63,431 nucleotides of DNA, filler included, from Folioceros fuciformis (GCA_049999805.1; 5 parts of 5 records of this genome joined end to end with filler, not necessarily neighbours in it), one strand, 5' to 3'; positions 23,590-36,894 are shown, numbered from the whole stretch's first letter. Numbers and translations: made by a program. Notes: a model not told the origin generated them from the sequence alone.

Positions 23590-26500
23590 TCAAAACCTGT
23601 CATTCGCCCAAGGCGCCTCCAGGGACCACCTCCACTCTGGGATAAGTGGAATATTGGGACCATAAACTTGTTTTAGCCGGATGTCAGCAAAAAATTGACC
23701 TTCCTTTTGGTATATCCCACTGAAAGATTCCACTTCCTTACCCTCCTTGCCTACAGGAACCCCTCCGACAGACAAGAAGTCAAAAATCTTTTCCTGCCCT
23801 ACATGCAGTTGATGCAATGTGATGCAAAGGGATAGCTGTTCCCCCCCATCTCCTATCACCACCAGAAAAGAATAAAGGTCCTGAACCTTTCTCAAAACCA
23901 TTAAGTTGATTGTAAAAAGTCTGCCTTTCCTCCTTGTTGTACCTTCCACCTTCCTGAGCTCCTGACCACTTGGCAAATATGATACCTCCTGCCTTGAAGG
24001 AGAATATCCATCCTGCGCCACCTTAGCCCGCACCAAGTCCTTTTCTAGGGAGTTTAACGAAGAGGTGCTTCCTTCATCCCCGGAGAAAACAGCTTGCACC
24101 TCATGCCAGACAGTGTCAGCATCCTCCTTGGATGTGTACACCGCATTATCTCTCAGGGTGGGGTTGGCACATTTTATGGGGCTGGTACACTCCACCTTGG
24201 GTTTTCCGAAACACACAGAACCACTTCCACCCATTCCAGACCCCTGTCCTGCTCCAAGTCTGTGGTGCTCGCGGACTGCTAGTGGGGCATTCCCCACACC
24301 AGCAGAAGCTTTCCCGAGAGATCTATTGCCACCCCTTGTCCCTTCCAGCACCTTACTCTTTTTCCCTTCCGGGGAGGTGATATCCAAGGCCATGCGTTGA
24401 ACAACTTTATTCAACGCCTTCCTTGCCTTGGCCACAACTATCTGGTCCTGACGCTGATTACCTAATGACAGATCGTCCAAGACACGAGTCCTCTTCCCCA
24501 CACCCACCTCCATGCTCCTCCGTGCACCTATGGTCAACACAGACGTTGATACCACTTTCCAGGCAGCGGGACTAGAAGCGATTTCGGCGCCTGGCACTAT
24601 GGTTCCAACAGAACCGGGGTCACCCCCAAGCCCGGGAGACTGATGACCCGGAACCGGCAGGTTGTGGAATGCCGAGTTCCCTCGCTTAGAAGCGGGAAAC
24701 GGAGGCCCATGAGGCACCTTGGGGGATTCCCTTCCCACTTCCTCCCCAACTACTTGAGTGGAAATGATAGAGCATGTCCCCAGGATTGAGCTCACAGGAG
24801 CCAACCTATCACAAAACGTCTGGGGAGTCAATGCCGTCAGCTGATCAAAAATCGTGTTGGATCCTGGATTAGACCCCAAGAGCGTATCTAGTATTCCATC
24901 ATTCCCTGAAGCTGGGAGCATCGATGACGACTCAGCAACCCGAATGGCTTCAAAATGTCCACTCCCCACCTCAGAAGCCGACATTTGATTATTGGCAAAC
25001 TATCCCCATGCAGACATCTCCTGAGAGCCTAACCCAGAAGTCTTCGTCGGGCTCAGAGTTTCCGGTTTGTGCACCTGTCTCCAGACTCGCTGACCTGCAC
25101 CCTTACACGCTGCCAAAAAATTCCCATTGCCCACAGGCTCGCCAGAGGCCACCGCCCATTCCTCCACCCCCTCAAGAACAGTATCCAGGGTTACTCCAAA
25201 AAAACCCAGCGGAGTGGGGATCTTACTACAAATGGTCAGTAACACTTCTGAGGTACTATGAGGCTTAGCAGCATCAAACACTGCCTTCAAGTCTCTCCTA
25301 GCCGGTGCACTCTCAGGGCATGCAAGTTCACTCTCGCGAGACACCTTGTCTGAACTCCCGCTAGCAGCAGCTTGGCTCTCTTTGAGAGGGTCGCAGAATG
25401 GATTTGTTGAAACCGACCCTACTCTCCGGGTGCACTCGTCAGTGTCAAGGTCTACCTCCATAGGTACAATGTCCTTTATTGCCATGTCTTCTGCCCATCT
25501 GAGCTTCCAAGTGCCTGGCAGTTTAATTGAGATCGGGGCCGTGAGTAAGCCCAAAAACCCAAGGTGAGCCTTGAAAACCACCCTAGATGCCAGTGTAACC
25601 CTGCCTTTGCCAAACTTTGCGTCTTTGATGTAAGCCAACACTTGTGGTTCCCCCATCCATTGAGACACACTGTTGTCCCGAATTTTGCACTCCTCTCCCA
25701 ACTCAATCAAGGTGATCGCAAACAGAATGGAAGAGGATTCTTCCAATTGGTGGCACACCATACTATGCCTACCCCTTGAAGGAACTTTCTCCCGGTTAGC
25801 TCGTCTAACCCCAACCCCGCCTGCAGCATGACCCGAGACCTCAACTTAACAGTATCCCAAAATACAGGGAGCTGATGCCTTGTCGCTGCCCCTATCTGGA
25901 GGGAGCACGTAGGCAAAGCTCTGAAATCTCCCACCTTCGGCATCCAGCAGTAAAAAACTTTGTCCACCTTCTTCCTCATAACCACACAAACTTTGATGTG
26001 TGTGTTAGTTGCATCCACATTAACTGAGAAAAAAACTTTCTGGATTCGACTTGCCCACTGCTGCATTCCGGGGTTGGACCTCCAAGATTTCTTGAGCACA
26101 CCTTGAAAGCCCGGCAGTGGACCCGAATGGGCCTTCTCCGATTTGCCCCCTCCATTACCTGCTCTAACTCGGAGAGAGCAGGTCTGCTTGAGGTGGCTTT
26201 TCAAGCCACAAACGACACACCTAACAGGGCAGATCTGGGTAGTCAAAAAGCTGCGTAAAACATCTAGCTGGGTCCTCCGGATCGCGAACAATGACACCTT
26301 CAGGCAGGTCCAGGAGGCTGTCAACCCTAACGCCAAAACGCGGGGGCTTGCAAATGTCAAAAAAAAGCGAATCCACCTTGGGAACCTCCACCACTCGGCC
26401 TATAGTCCCCAAGATCTTGCGTATCATTGGAATGAGCTGCACAGGAAGAGCAGGAATCCCCATCTAGAGGAACTGCCTCTTGATTTTCGACTGCGTAATT

Positions 26501-26940
26501 GTGTTCCCCGGGGACCAAGCCTCCACCAGCATCGGGGTGGAGTCTCGAAATGGCAGTGTTGTGTGTAGGATTGCTTGCGCTCCCGCTACCTCATCACACT
26601 TGATCTGAAAGGAACCATCGGCCTCCAAGAACACATATGCTGGCGGGCACCCCGAAACTTGCGTCACCCAATTCTCCAACTCCTCCGCAGAAGGAGGGCC
26701 ACCGGATAACAACCGCCCCACAACCGAGCTGGCAGCGAGTTTGTCTTCTTCCTGCTGAAAGTACCTCGCTTCAGTGAGAACATCCGCCAAAGGGCCCAGC
26801 TGGATGCTTGGCCCCTCTTTTGTCGAAACCGAGGCAGTGGCTTGAGAGGTGTCTGCCTGTGCCAGCTCATGAGCATAATCCTCCTCAGTCGACCGTACCT
26901 AAGTGACTGTCTCAGCTTCAACTTTTGTCCGGCTAGCATC
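23590..26940 (-). pseudogene. LINE ORF1 (DUF4283-like plus CCHC knuckle) with a long low-complexity extension, frameshifted
   Basis: 'VVGRLLSGGPPSAEELENWV...MLVEAWSP', 'GIPALPVQLIPMIRKILGTIGRVVEV' and the knuckle CVVCGLKSHLKQTC. Same strand as, and upstream of, the LINE RT (across a gap). Confidence 0.7.
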
Positions 26941-27989
26941 AGATGGATTAGGGTCCTTCCCCCAGTGTTTAGCCCCCTCGCACTCTTTTACTAGAACACA
27001 TCCCGACCACGACCGCCCATGTGCCAACTGTTGAGCCCCCCTTAGGGGGCTCATCGCTTCCATTGGGGCCTCCTAGGCCGTTAGGGGTGCTCCACCTTCA
27101 TCGCCCGTGCTGCCCTTCGAAGTAGCCACCTCAGGTGACGTAGTTTCTCTTCATTTGCATACTTTGAAAGCTTAATGTGAGGAATCATTTCTTGTGACAA
27201 AAGAAGACACGATTATGGTCTTTGCCTTTATGTCATTTGTATGCCATAAATCATCTTCCTTCGATGTGCAGATAACAGGTGTCCCTCAAGGTGTATACTT
27301 TCAGAAATTCCTCTTGAAAAGTTGGCTTTGCAAAATGAAAACTCTTTCTACCCTTCACGCCCCTATCATCATACAGCCAAGCATGCTTACAAAGATTTCA
27401 GCGAGGGATATTGCTTTCTGTTAGAGAGAAGAAAAATACATCTTTATGCAAAACAAAATCAAGAACATTCAAATATCATATGAAAAGAAAGCTCGTTAAT
27501 GGCAGAATTTTTATAGCCACATTAGAGCAAATTGAAGACTACTATGATGCCATATTGGGATTATGAAATTAACGAACATGGATAATTCGACACAAAATGT
27601 TCTCCATTAGAGCAACATATATTCTCTACGTGTAAATATAAAACAAGAAGTAACAAAAACTCAAAGTAACTGTCTCAACTACCACTAACCCTAAATGGTA
27701 ATAATGTAACTTAAGTAAAGTAAATTATTTCTAACATGACCATTGGTACTCTGTAGCAATCATGACATCCTATACTAAGAAGGCTCTTCATTATGTCTAA
27801 TCGCGATATCCTATTTCAACAGCATGTCTTCATCGCTCTACAAAGAGCTTTGGCAAATGTGAGTGCAAGTCTAGCGACTTCTTTACCTAATTTGTTTAAG
27901 ATCCTACAAAGGCCTGGCCAATTGACTGAGCTTGGAGTTATTCAATGTCAATAAGGGCTCAATTGGAACTCTGTAAAGGATCGACCGCA

Positions 27990-28052
27990 CATGGGTGCCT
28001 CTAAACACAAGACATCATGTGTTTGGATATCTTGTATTTAGAGGCACCCATG
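27990..28052. repeat. Short inverted repeat / hairpin (27-bp arms, 9-nt loop)
   Basis: CATGGGTGCCTCTAAACACAAGACATC versus the reverse complement of GATATCTTGTATTTAGAGGCACCCATG; 2 mismatches. Confidence 0.9.
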
Positions 28053-29085
28053 GTGGCCACGTCTCGCTACAATGGCTGTTGGGCATCAAGTTGCACCCAA
28101 TCGCAATTGATAGAATTGCCAACAATTAATTGGAGAGTGTTAGAGATAGCCTATTAGGATGGGCTAACATAGCGACTACCCACCACGACTAGGAAAGTGC
28201 ATGTCATTCATTGGAGGCCTAACTCGCAACACATTAAGGCGGTGCATTATGTCCTTCCCCTTTGCTAGCATTTTGTAGAAAGAAAATACAAGACAAGGTT
28301 TGGTATGGAAGCAATGGGACGAGTGCAGGCTAATAGCAGCTTCATATATAGCGAATAACAATATTTGCGAAAACAAGGATAACCAAGCATAGCCTCATCA
28401 CATGAGAGCTAGAATAATGAGAGAAGAAGTAGGGAGAAGAAACTCTGCGATACTGCTAAAATGTGAATTACCATGGAGGAGCTAGCAAGTACCCCCAACC
28501 ACTAGCTAGAACACCAGGCAGCCACAGCTGGCCATAGGAGTGCAATCAGGTAACAAAGCCACCATGGAATAGGAGCCCACCTTTATCAAGGAAACAGGGT
28601 ACCCACGAGACATCACGCCTCCAATGGCACATCCAAAACCCAATGGGACAGACTTAAAGTGCGTGCGTAGTGAATTAAGGATGAGAACCCAAATTAATAC
28701 ATGAATAGGTTATAACTAGGGAGACATAAAAGTAGGTAATCATTAGTGGCTGAGGTAAAAATAGATGGGAGAAAGAACTTATTGTGAGCCAAAAAGCCGA
28801 TGCACTTGGCCTCAAATCTTGGCCATGTCTTGCCACGCCTATATGTGCTTTCGAGAATCCAACATTGATGCAAGGCAAGCCATTTTAGCTGAGTCTCAAC
28901 CTCTAGGAAGAATCCCATCTACAGAGTTTTGCACCAACCATAGTGGGTACTCTTTAAACAATTATATCATTGAAAAAACAAACAAACAAAATTTTTGAAG
29001 AGAATAATGTGTATTAAAAAAATGAGAGAAAATTTACACATGAACTATTGTTCCATGTTCAACTAGAATGTATTGTCTTCCTAAA

Positions 29086-29844
29086 CTAAAATGACCTAGT
29101 ATTCTTAAGAGCAATGCAATCTCCATGATACATTGTAAGTCCTTTGTGACCATTGTCTACAAAATTACTTTCAGCCTCAAAATGTACCTTAACTCTTGAC
29201 ATACAAGGTTAGGGCAACGTTTTGAGCTGTGTTATAGAAGTGTTACGAGGCAAGAACATTATAATGTTTGAAGCAATGAGTTTTGCCGTTTGAAATAATG
29301 TTCTCCCACCCTTTGGTTGCAACATGGTTTCCAAATCAAACTCCCTTGATTTGCGATCATAGTTTGGTCCACCCCATGGGGGTCAAAGAAAAACAATGTC
29401 CGCCTTTAAATTTGGAGCAAGTTTAAGAAAGTCTCCTACAATAAATTGAATGCGCTCTTGTACTCCATAAATTTTTGCATTATGCTTTGCAAGTTCAATT
29501 TTCTTGGGGTCGATATCAATTGTTATAACTTCATGACCTTGCAATGCAAACTGGATAGTGTTTCCACCCGTACCAGCAAAGCCATCTATGATTTTTGATT
29601 TTGCTGGACACCTCCATGCTTGGTGCTTAGCTAATACCTCAGGGGTCACTGAATATAACGATTCTTTGTCCAATTTAATGCCCCAATCATATTTGGAGAA
29701 TAGTTTATACCCATTTCTCCAATACTTTTCCAACAATTTGTCTTCGCTTATGCATTTGTAGAGTGGGTCTTGGATTGTGATGTTCTCGTGTTGATGCCAA
29801 GTCGAAGAAGTTGCATCATTGCTCCTTAGTTTGGAGCATGACAT
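29086..29844 (-). pseudogene. TGS1: Trimethylguanosine synthase (RNA cap guanine-N2 methyltransferase) domain, intronless, two in-frame stops
   Basis: 'KYWRNGYKLFSKYDWGIKLDKESLYSVTPE', 'IDGFAGTGGNTIQFA', 'IDIDPKKIELAKHNAKIYGV', 'VFL*PPWGGPNY' and 'MFLPRN' in one frame. Confidence 0.9.
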
Positions 29845-30159
29845 ACTTAATATATCTTGCGGAGGTTGGAAATATGTCTTTCAAAGTACATGGTTGTATG
29901 GTGCGCCTCTCTTTGCTCTGTAACAATGTGGTGTTAAGTTACTCGATTCCATGATGCTGATTTGCTGTGTTACTTTACTTGAATCGGTGATGTCAATTTG
30001 GTGTCGTGTGGAAAGAGTAGACATTCTTCGCCAATAGAGAGTAGACAGTTGATGGTGCGATCGTGGTGGAGTGGTGCTTTCAAGTAACATAATAGTAGAT
30101 AGAATATGCACATGTATAGGCCCTAATTCCTAAACCCTAAGTGGAAGAGTAATTATCAA

Positions 30160-31020
30160 TGGAAGTCTTTCCTGAAGTGCGATATACAATGGTCTAGTTG
30201 AATGGATGGTCCAGACTATCAAGAAGGGGCTTTGCAAGTTGTGTCTTTGACAGCCCAAGACAGATTGGGACCTCATGCTTCCCTACATTGCAATGGGCTA
30301 CTGCTGCTCTTGCCCATTTTTCCCCTTACTTCCTCTTGTTTGGCAGAGAACCAGTTCCACCTAGTGCCATAGCCAAATAGATGCTGAAGGTTGTCAAGTT
30401 GGATGATGCAGCTACATGGGCACGTGTGATAGGGGAGAGGGCGGCCTTGTTCAAGCAGGTTATGCCCATGCCAATGGCTAATCTGCACATTGCCCAGCAT
30501 AGGGATACTCTTTGCTATGCTCACACCAGGGAAGGTAGTTTTAGACCCAATCTCAAGAAGTTCCATGTGAGAGATTTTGTTTACCTCCAAAGGCAGACCA
30601 CAGATACTCTAGACACTTCTCGCAGTATGCATGTGCTAAGGATCCGAGAGGTCAAGCCCAATGGCATCTTGGTGTTGCAAGGCTCAGATGGTCGGGTCAT
30701 CACTGACCTCACCAAGAACTGTGCACCCTGCCACCTGCCCAACCTTGATCCCACAAATGTCACAGCAGATTGGATTCCATTGGTGGACTACCCATGCTAG
30801 GTCTGTTAACGCATAGATGATGCTAACCTCATGCTCCTATGTGATGGTTGCAATGGGTGTTTCCATCTCTTTTGCTTGCAGCCACCACTTACCAGTGTAC
30901 CGGAGCAGTTTTGGTATTGCCGTAGGTGCCAACCAATCACAACAAGTATGTCCACCTCAAGAGTGTAGTCTGTGCTATGCTGCTCATGCTTCCAACCCGC
31001 CCATCAGCTGCGGGGGGTGG
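30160..31020 (+). mobile_element. Ty3/gypsy integrase C-terminus followed by a PHD finger and a PPT-like tract, decayed
   Basis: 'NGLVEWMVQTIKKGL' and 'FSPYFLLFGREP'. In frame after 30381..30800: [54 protein letters not shown] at 31010. Confidence 0.8.
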
Positions 31021-32159
31021 CGTGGACTGAATTTTGCCTTTTCGCTTAAGGTAGCTAATCATTAGCTCTATAGTTAATGGACTAAACTGAAGCATATGTG
31101 ACAGCTGATGCCGAGAGCATGACAAGGTTTTACAATAGATGACTTCAACTAGAGCCATGATGATCTTTACATGTGAACTAGCCATTGTGTTAGCCATGAT
31201 ATATCTCTCGTGTTGCATCTAGGGTGTTGTACTGATATTGACTATCCCTGGTCAAACATGCATATAGAGAATGCCCTCCAACGAAAGAAAAATCATTCCA
31301 ACAAAAAGCTAGTGAAAATATCTCGTGAAGGCTCTAGTGAAAGAAAAGACGAACAATATTCACGCTATGTGTGCATACATATTGTATATGAACATAGCCC
31401 TAGTCTCCGTACATGGGCTCTCCCCATTTGGCTCGGTGAAGATGATATTTTACCTCTTTCCTATCTTCGAAAGGTTCTTGTTTAGCATACATACACTAAG
31501 AAGGAGGCAGTATGTAAATTTGAAGTATGGAGGCCCATAAACTACAATGTGTTGAAGCCAAGAGATAGGGGTGACTGTCAAAACACTGCAGGAAAGTTGC
31601 CATGAAAGGTGAGGAGTAGAAGATGGAGACTTTTACGTAGAAGGACAGATGGGAATGTTAATTTGTTGAACTGAATGTTTGACATTAAGAAACGTGAGCA
31701 CCTGAAGGTGCTTAGGTACAAAATGAAGAGTCACGTCCTATCGCTAAGCTACCCTTCGCTTAACTAAGAGAGTCTCTAAACCAACTACGTAACCCACACA
31801 AGGTTATGTCCAACATGCCCCCGTAAGCGAAGCTGGTGGGTAGCGAAGGGGACGAGACGACACGCTGGCAAAAACAAGAGTATGCCGCGAGACCAAGCTT
31901 GCGCAATCGAAGCAACAATGGCAAGTAGCAGGATGCAAGCTTGAAGGGAAAACAGTTGATGCCAATGAGGTTCCCAGATTGAAGAATCAAAACAAGCCGC
32001 TGCTTGTCTTCTACCAGCGAAATAAAACGCAAGTTGGAATAACATCAAGACTGCAGGATTCGGCGGTTGGATACGCAAGGGAGCTTCATCCGCGGAACCT
32101 GCAGAGGAATCAGAGTAACCAAAGCTCACGAGGCAGGTGAGAGGTAAGACCTCACACCC

Positions 32160-32760
32160 ATAGTCTCCACGTGATGGGCATGAATAGCTGTAGGCGGATA
32201 CTTGGCAAGCAGATCCACCGGATTTTCTTCGGTAGGCACGTACTAATTACAAACTTCCTTCTATTGCACAGAGTGTCTAATAAAGTGGTGATGCACCTTG
32301 ATATGCTTCGTACGAGAGTGAAATCACAAGTTGGCGGTCATAGCAATGGTAGGCATGTTGTCACAGTAAATAGGTGTAGGCTGGGAGGAAGGAAAACCAA
32401 GTCCTTTTATAAAATTGTGCTCCCAGCTGGCTTCCTTAGAGGCTTCAGTAAGAGCCTTGTACTCCATCTCAGTGGTGGACAAGGTAACGCTGGCTTGTTT
32501 CTTAGAAGCCCAATGGATAACAGCACTAGAAAGGGTAAAGCAATATGCGGATATGCTTCTGCGAGCATCTGGGTCAATAGCCCAATTAGCATCGGCAAAA
32601 CCAAACAGATTGAGCTCGCAAGGTGGCCCCCGGAAGCAAAGCCCATACTGCTGCATCTCTTTTAGGTAACGAAGAACACGTTTAACTGCGCCCCAGTGTT
32701 CCTTACCCGGGTTGTCCATGAATTGAGAGACGACACTAACCGAATACTGTATATCAGGTC
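32160..32760 (-). mobile_element. Ty1/copia RT end and RNase H fragment
   Basis: 'MDNPGKEHWGAVKRVLRYLK', 'GFADANWA', 'WASKKQASVTLSTTEMEY', 'IYCDN'. Confidence 0.9.
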
Positions 32761-33457
32761 AAGTCCAACTCGTTCTTTGATAGAAAGTTTTGTGCAGTGG
32801 TATACGGTCCAAAAATTTGAACCTGCCCACATCGGTCATAGGGCACCATCTAGGTGTGCTGATGGGGACAAACATGCAGCTGTCATAAGATTTTTGCCCT
32901 AACATGTCTGGGTCAGTCACTTTTTTTATTAGGGTTTATGGTTTGCCTTGGAGATGCCAAGTTTTAGCGGACCTCATAGCGTTCAGTCTTGTTTGCAGAC
33001 CTCTCTCGCTATATGCACATGGCACTCGGGTTGCATGAAGCACAATGTCTCTGCTACTGGTGGGTATACCAGTGGTTGTACATTGCGGTTACCATCAACA
33101 CCTCTCCTTGTATTGGAGGGTGCATCATGATACCCGTTCACACCTCCTCCATCGACAGTCTACCATACACCCCCCTCCATGCTAATGTGCATTTAGCAGC
33201 CTTCTAACCATGTGTATATTGCCTTGAAGTCCCAAGTTCTAGGCACGAAAGGTGCAGCCAATGTTATAGAAGGCATGGTGACCAATTGAGCTCCTAATCT
33301 TCCACACCTTAATTAGCTATAGGCTGGAGAGTAGGAGGAGGAGGTTGGCAAGCATGAACTACACGGCTCCTCCTCCTCCTTGGTGATGTCCGCACGATCG
33401 AATGTTTCCCTCATTTGTTTTTCGTGTGTGTTTAAGCCCTGCCTTAAAAAATGACAT

Positions 33458-33557
33458 NNNNNNNNNNNNNNNNNNNNNNNNNNNNNNNNNNNNNNNNNNN
33501 NTTAATTAATTAANNNNNNNNNNNNNNNNNNNNNNNNNNNNNNNNNNNNNNNNNNNN
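33458..33557. other. Assembly gap / contig-join spacer
   Basis: 44 N + TTAATTAATTAA + 44 N. Confidence 0.97.
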
Positions 33558-35295
33558 GGGTGTTCGTCGTCTGGGGACACGGCATTGGCCTCGAGAGGGC
33601 CTTATGCCTCCCAGCTCCGGAGCAGGGGAGTGATCAGGTTCGACGGTCAGGATACATTTAGCTTTCTCCAAGGCTTGCTGACGAATGATGTGAGGCGGTT
33701 TGAGAAGAAGCCTCCCACGGTTGCGAGCCCGCTTCCCACGCCCAATCAGGCAGCTGCGCATCATCCGCCCATGTACTCAGCCTTGCTGAATCCGCAGGGA
33801 AGGTTTTTATTCGACTTGTTTCTGTACCGCCCCGTCCATGCTGAGGAGCGCCTTAACAGGACTGGATCAGGTCCTGCCAAGGAAGGTCCGGATACCCCAG
33901 TCTTGCTGGCTGACGTCGACTCTGAAACTTTGGATGAGCTTGTTAGTGTTCTGAAGAGGTATGCTTGCATGACGGCAATGGCGCCTTCCGATTACTGCAG
34001 AAGAAAGAACTTCTTTCTGGTCTACTCGCTTTAAAGTAAATGAAGGAATCGCACTGTATTTCCAGCTTCCTTGCTGCTCTGTAAGACTGGCTTTCTTAGG
34101 GCTGTGCGTGGATAGTATGCTGTTGGTCATAACGTGGTGTGGTTGTGTGTGGTGGAAGCTGTAAGTCTGACTCTGGAACAAGGTTTTCTTGGCTGATTTC
34201 TTTCTGGAGCTGAGTTTTCATGGTGTTTTCCTGGGAACAGACACAGACTCCGTGCGAAGGTGGACATTCAAAATGTGTCAGAGGAATTTGCAGTGTGGCA
34301 GCGTTTTGGAGGGCCTCTGGCAGAAGATCCTACGCAGGGTGAACTTTCTGAAGCGGGGGGTATTGGATGGGGGGGTGCTGAGGACAGTAATGCACAACTC
34401 TCTGCGGAGAGTAACGGCAGCTCTTTCCGGTGGTGGAAAGATCCAAGGCTGGGCTTGCTTGGACTGCGAGGAGTTTTTCCCTCCAGCAGTGTTCGTAAGA
34501 CAACGATATCCCTGTGGTTGTTTCATTTGATCAGAGTAGACTTATCATTGGATTGCCATTGGAAGCATGTTTCACACATCACTACTCTGTTGTCTTGATC
34601 CAGCACCATTGGTAGAGGCAGATGAGGAGGTTGATGCCCAATACTACCTGCTCTGGAGGCTGGAACAAGGCGTGCCTGAAGGTCCTAAGGAAATACAGAG
34701 AGGTAGATACTACCCAACATCGGGAAACGTGCCATTTGCAAGTCTATGGTGGGCACTCTGCTCACCGGTGTTGATGGCTAATCAGGTGACGCCATCCCGT
34801 TGGAGTACAATCTGGACGGGTTAAATGCCATCAGCTTTGAAAAGGGTTGCTACGTCGGCCAAGAGCTTATCGCCCGCACCCATCATCGAGGAGTCATCCG
34901 AAAGCGCATCATGCCACTCAACTTTCTCAAAGAAAACGGGGATGGTAAGTGAGAGAGGTTTTAAGGTTTTCTGGTCCGTGCGCACATCAAGTATTCCTGC
35001 AGCGCAACCAACCTTCCCCGTCTGACCGCCGCCGCTCTGGTCCCCCCTGACAGAGGCTCAGCAGGACGTTGTTGAAGGCGCGGAGATCATTGACAAGTCG
35101 TCTGAAAAGAAATTAGGGAAAGTGACCTCGGTGCTCGGACCCCGAGGCCTTGGTCTTGTGAGACTGGAGGCCCTGCAGAAAGAAGGGCGGCTTGGGATTG
35201 ATAAGTCCGATGTGCATGTCAAAGCCATAAGGCCCAAGTGGTGGCGTCGAGAATGGGGCCATGAGGAGCACCCTCTAGCTGCTTCGAGCGCTTAA
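33558..35295 (+). CDS. IBA57: IBA57/CAF17 (YgfZ family) Fe-S cluster assembly factor, 5' end lost in the gap. Exons <33558-33958, 34241-34494, 34604-34702, 34786-34944, 35054-35295
   Basis: '[10 protein letters not shown]', '[16 protein letters not shown]', 'WKDPRL..LGLRG' and the signature [13 protein letters not shown] junctions keep the frame to TAA at 35293-35295. Confidence 0.93.
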
Positions 35296-36218
35296 GCATC
35301 TTCTGTTATCAGGTCGTTGCATCGGTCAGGACTCGCACATGTGGGATTAGTTGAGGCCGTTCCCCATCATTCTTCCGCTTTGTGTCCATTTATACATCCA
35401 CACATCGCTGTCGTTACAGACGTACTCAAATCACGGGTCGGGTGTTACTGCCATTAATCCCATACCAGAAGCCTTTGCTACCTGCAGCCCAAATGTCGTC
35501 ATCGACTTGTCCAGGTGCTACATGAACTCGTCCTCACCGTCGCCCCTTTTTCGTGTGTACAGATGGTTTTCTGGCTGCCATCTCCCGATGAAAGCAGCGG
35601 GAAATGTTCCCCCAAGGCTTGTGTCAAATATGCATGGAAGGCCAATTGTGAGAGACTACGTGCAACTGTAGCAGACAGTGTCTTGTTTCCGATGGAGGCT
35701 CCCAAGATTGGCATAACCCAAAATGCTAGTGGGCTTAACACGACAAGCAGCGTTGGAGGTTTCACCGAGCCCATATGATGGCGGTTGGTTGATTGGCTCA
35801 AGGGGCGCGGATTCACGTACATACCTGTCACACGGCCCTGACACGCCTGCATTGATGCTGAAACAGAGTTTGAGGCGTGACTGGAGAGGATTTGAAAGCG
35901 GCCTGTTGTGGGCCTTGCGGGGATTTTCAATGTCAGGTTTCCCACCCAGCCAGTAGTGATCAAGGCCGCCGCACCCCGAGCTGGGCGGCTTCATGCCAAA
36001 CCGAACATGGCTTCATCTCCCCGCTCGTACTGCCTTCACTGCAGCTCATCAGGAGGTCGCCTTCAGGCACTTCGGGCGTCCGGGTAGCACTTCCTCGAAT
36101 TGGTGCCATCCTCTCGTCTCCTGTCATCAGCCTCTCCTGTCCGTACATGCTGCCTCATCAGCAGCAGCGCGGGAGCGCACCTTCTAGAACAAGAGCTGGC
36201 CTCTTCCTCCTGCCCCCG

Positions 36219-36262
36219 CCTTCCTTCCTTCCTTCCTTCCTTCCTTCCTTCCTTCCCTCCTT
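36219..36262. repeat. (CCTT)n microsatellite
   Basis: Read directly. Confidence 0.9.
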
Positions 36263-36894
36263 CCCCTTCTTGGGTTCTGCTGCCAGTCCCTCCTTACGTC
36301 TTTCATGCAGACCGTCTGGCTCATCAGTCCGTGCGTTTTCTCAGCTGAAGGGTGCGTACCTTCCGAACCAGGCCTTCTTTCTTTCCTTGGTGCTTGCTCG
36401 CTCTCCTAGTCTAGTCTTGTTCTTGCAGCCACTTCCTGTCTGCATTCGAGAATTTATGCTGCGATGTTTCTGCTTCTTGGTGTTGAAGCTCTCCATGTAG
36501 CAAGAAATGTCGGGCTCATTGCCGGACTGGTTGATGGGTTGTTTCGGTTTTTTTCTCAGATGCGATTGCAGAGAAGAAGAGGGACACTGAGGGCGGGAGC
36601 AAGTTGAATACGGAAATGCTGGTATGTATCCCGCATCTTAGTCGATTCCCGCCAACTCTTTATTGGGCTGTGCACAGAGCAGTACGTCTAGTACTCGCAG
36701 TTGATAGTGCGCACTTCGAGCGCTTCAAGGGTGACGAAGAGCCTGACATTTGGCACCTTCCTTCCGTGACAGATTGAATAGCGTGTCGTGCTCTCTCGCC
36801 GCCAGCTGCAGCTGCCGATCGAGAAGGAATATGTGATTACAATCCTCGTCGACTGCCGGCAAGCAGCAGGAGGAGGAGGAGAAGGAGGCTGAGG

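Noticed and set aside
29205-29385. U-to-C editing rescuing the TGS1 stop codons
   Set aside because: Such editing is organellar, and UGA to CGA would give Arg rather than the required Ser.
35351-36500. Several 60-200 aa ORFs between IBA57 and neprosin
   Set aside because: No recognisable domain, mutually overlapping, and one runs through the CCTT microsatellite.
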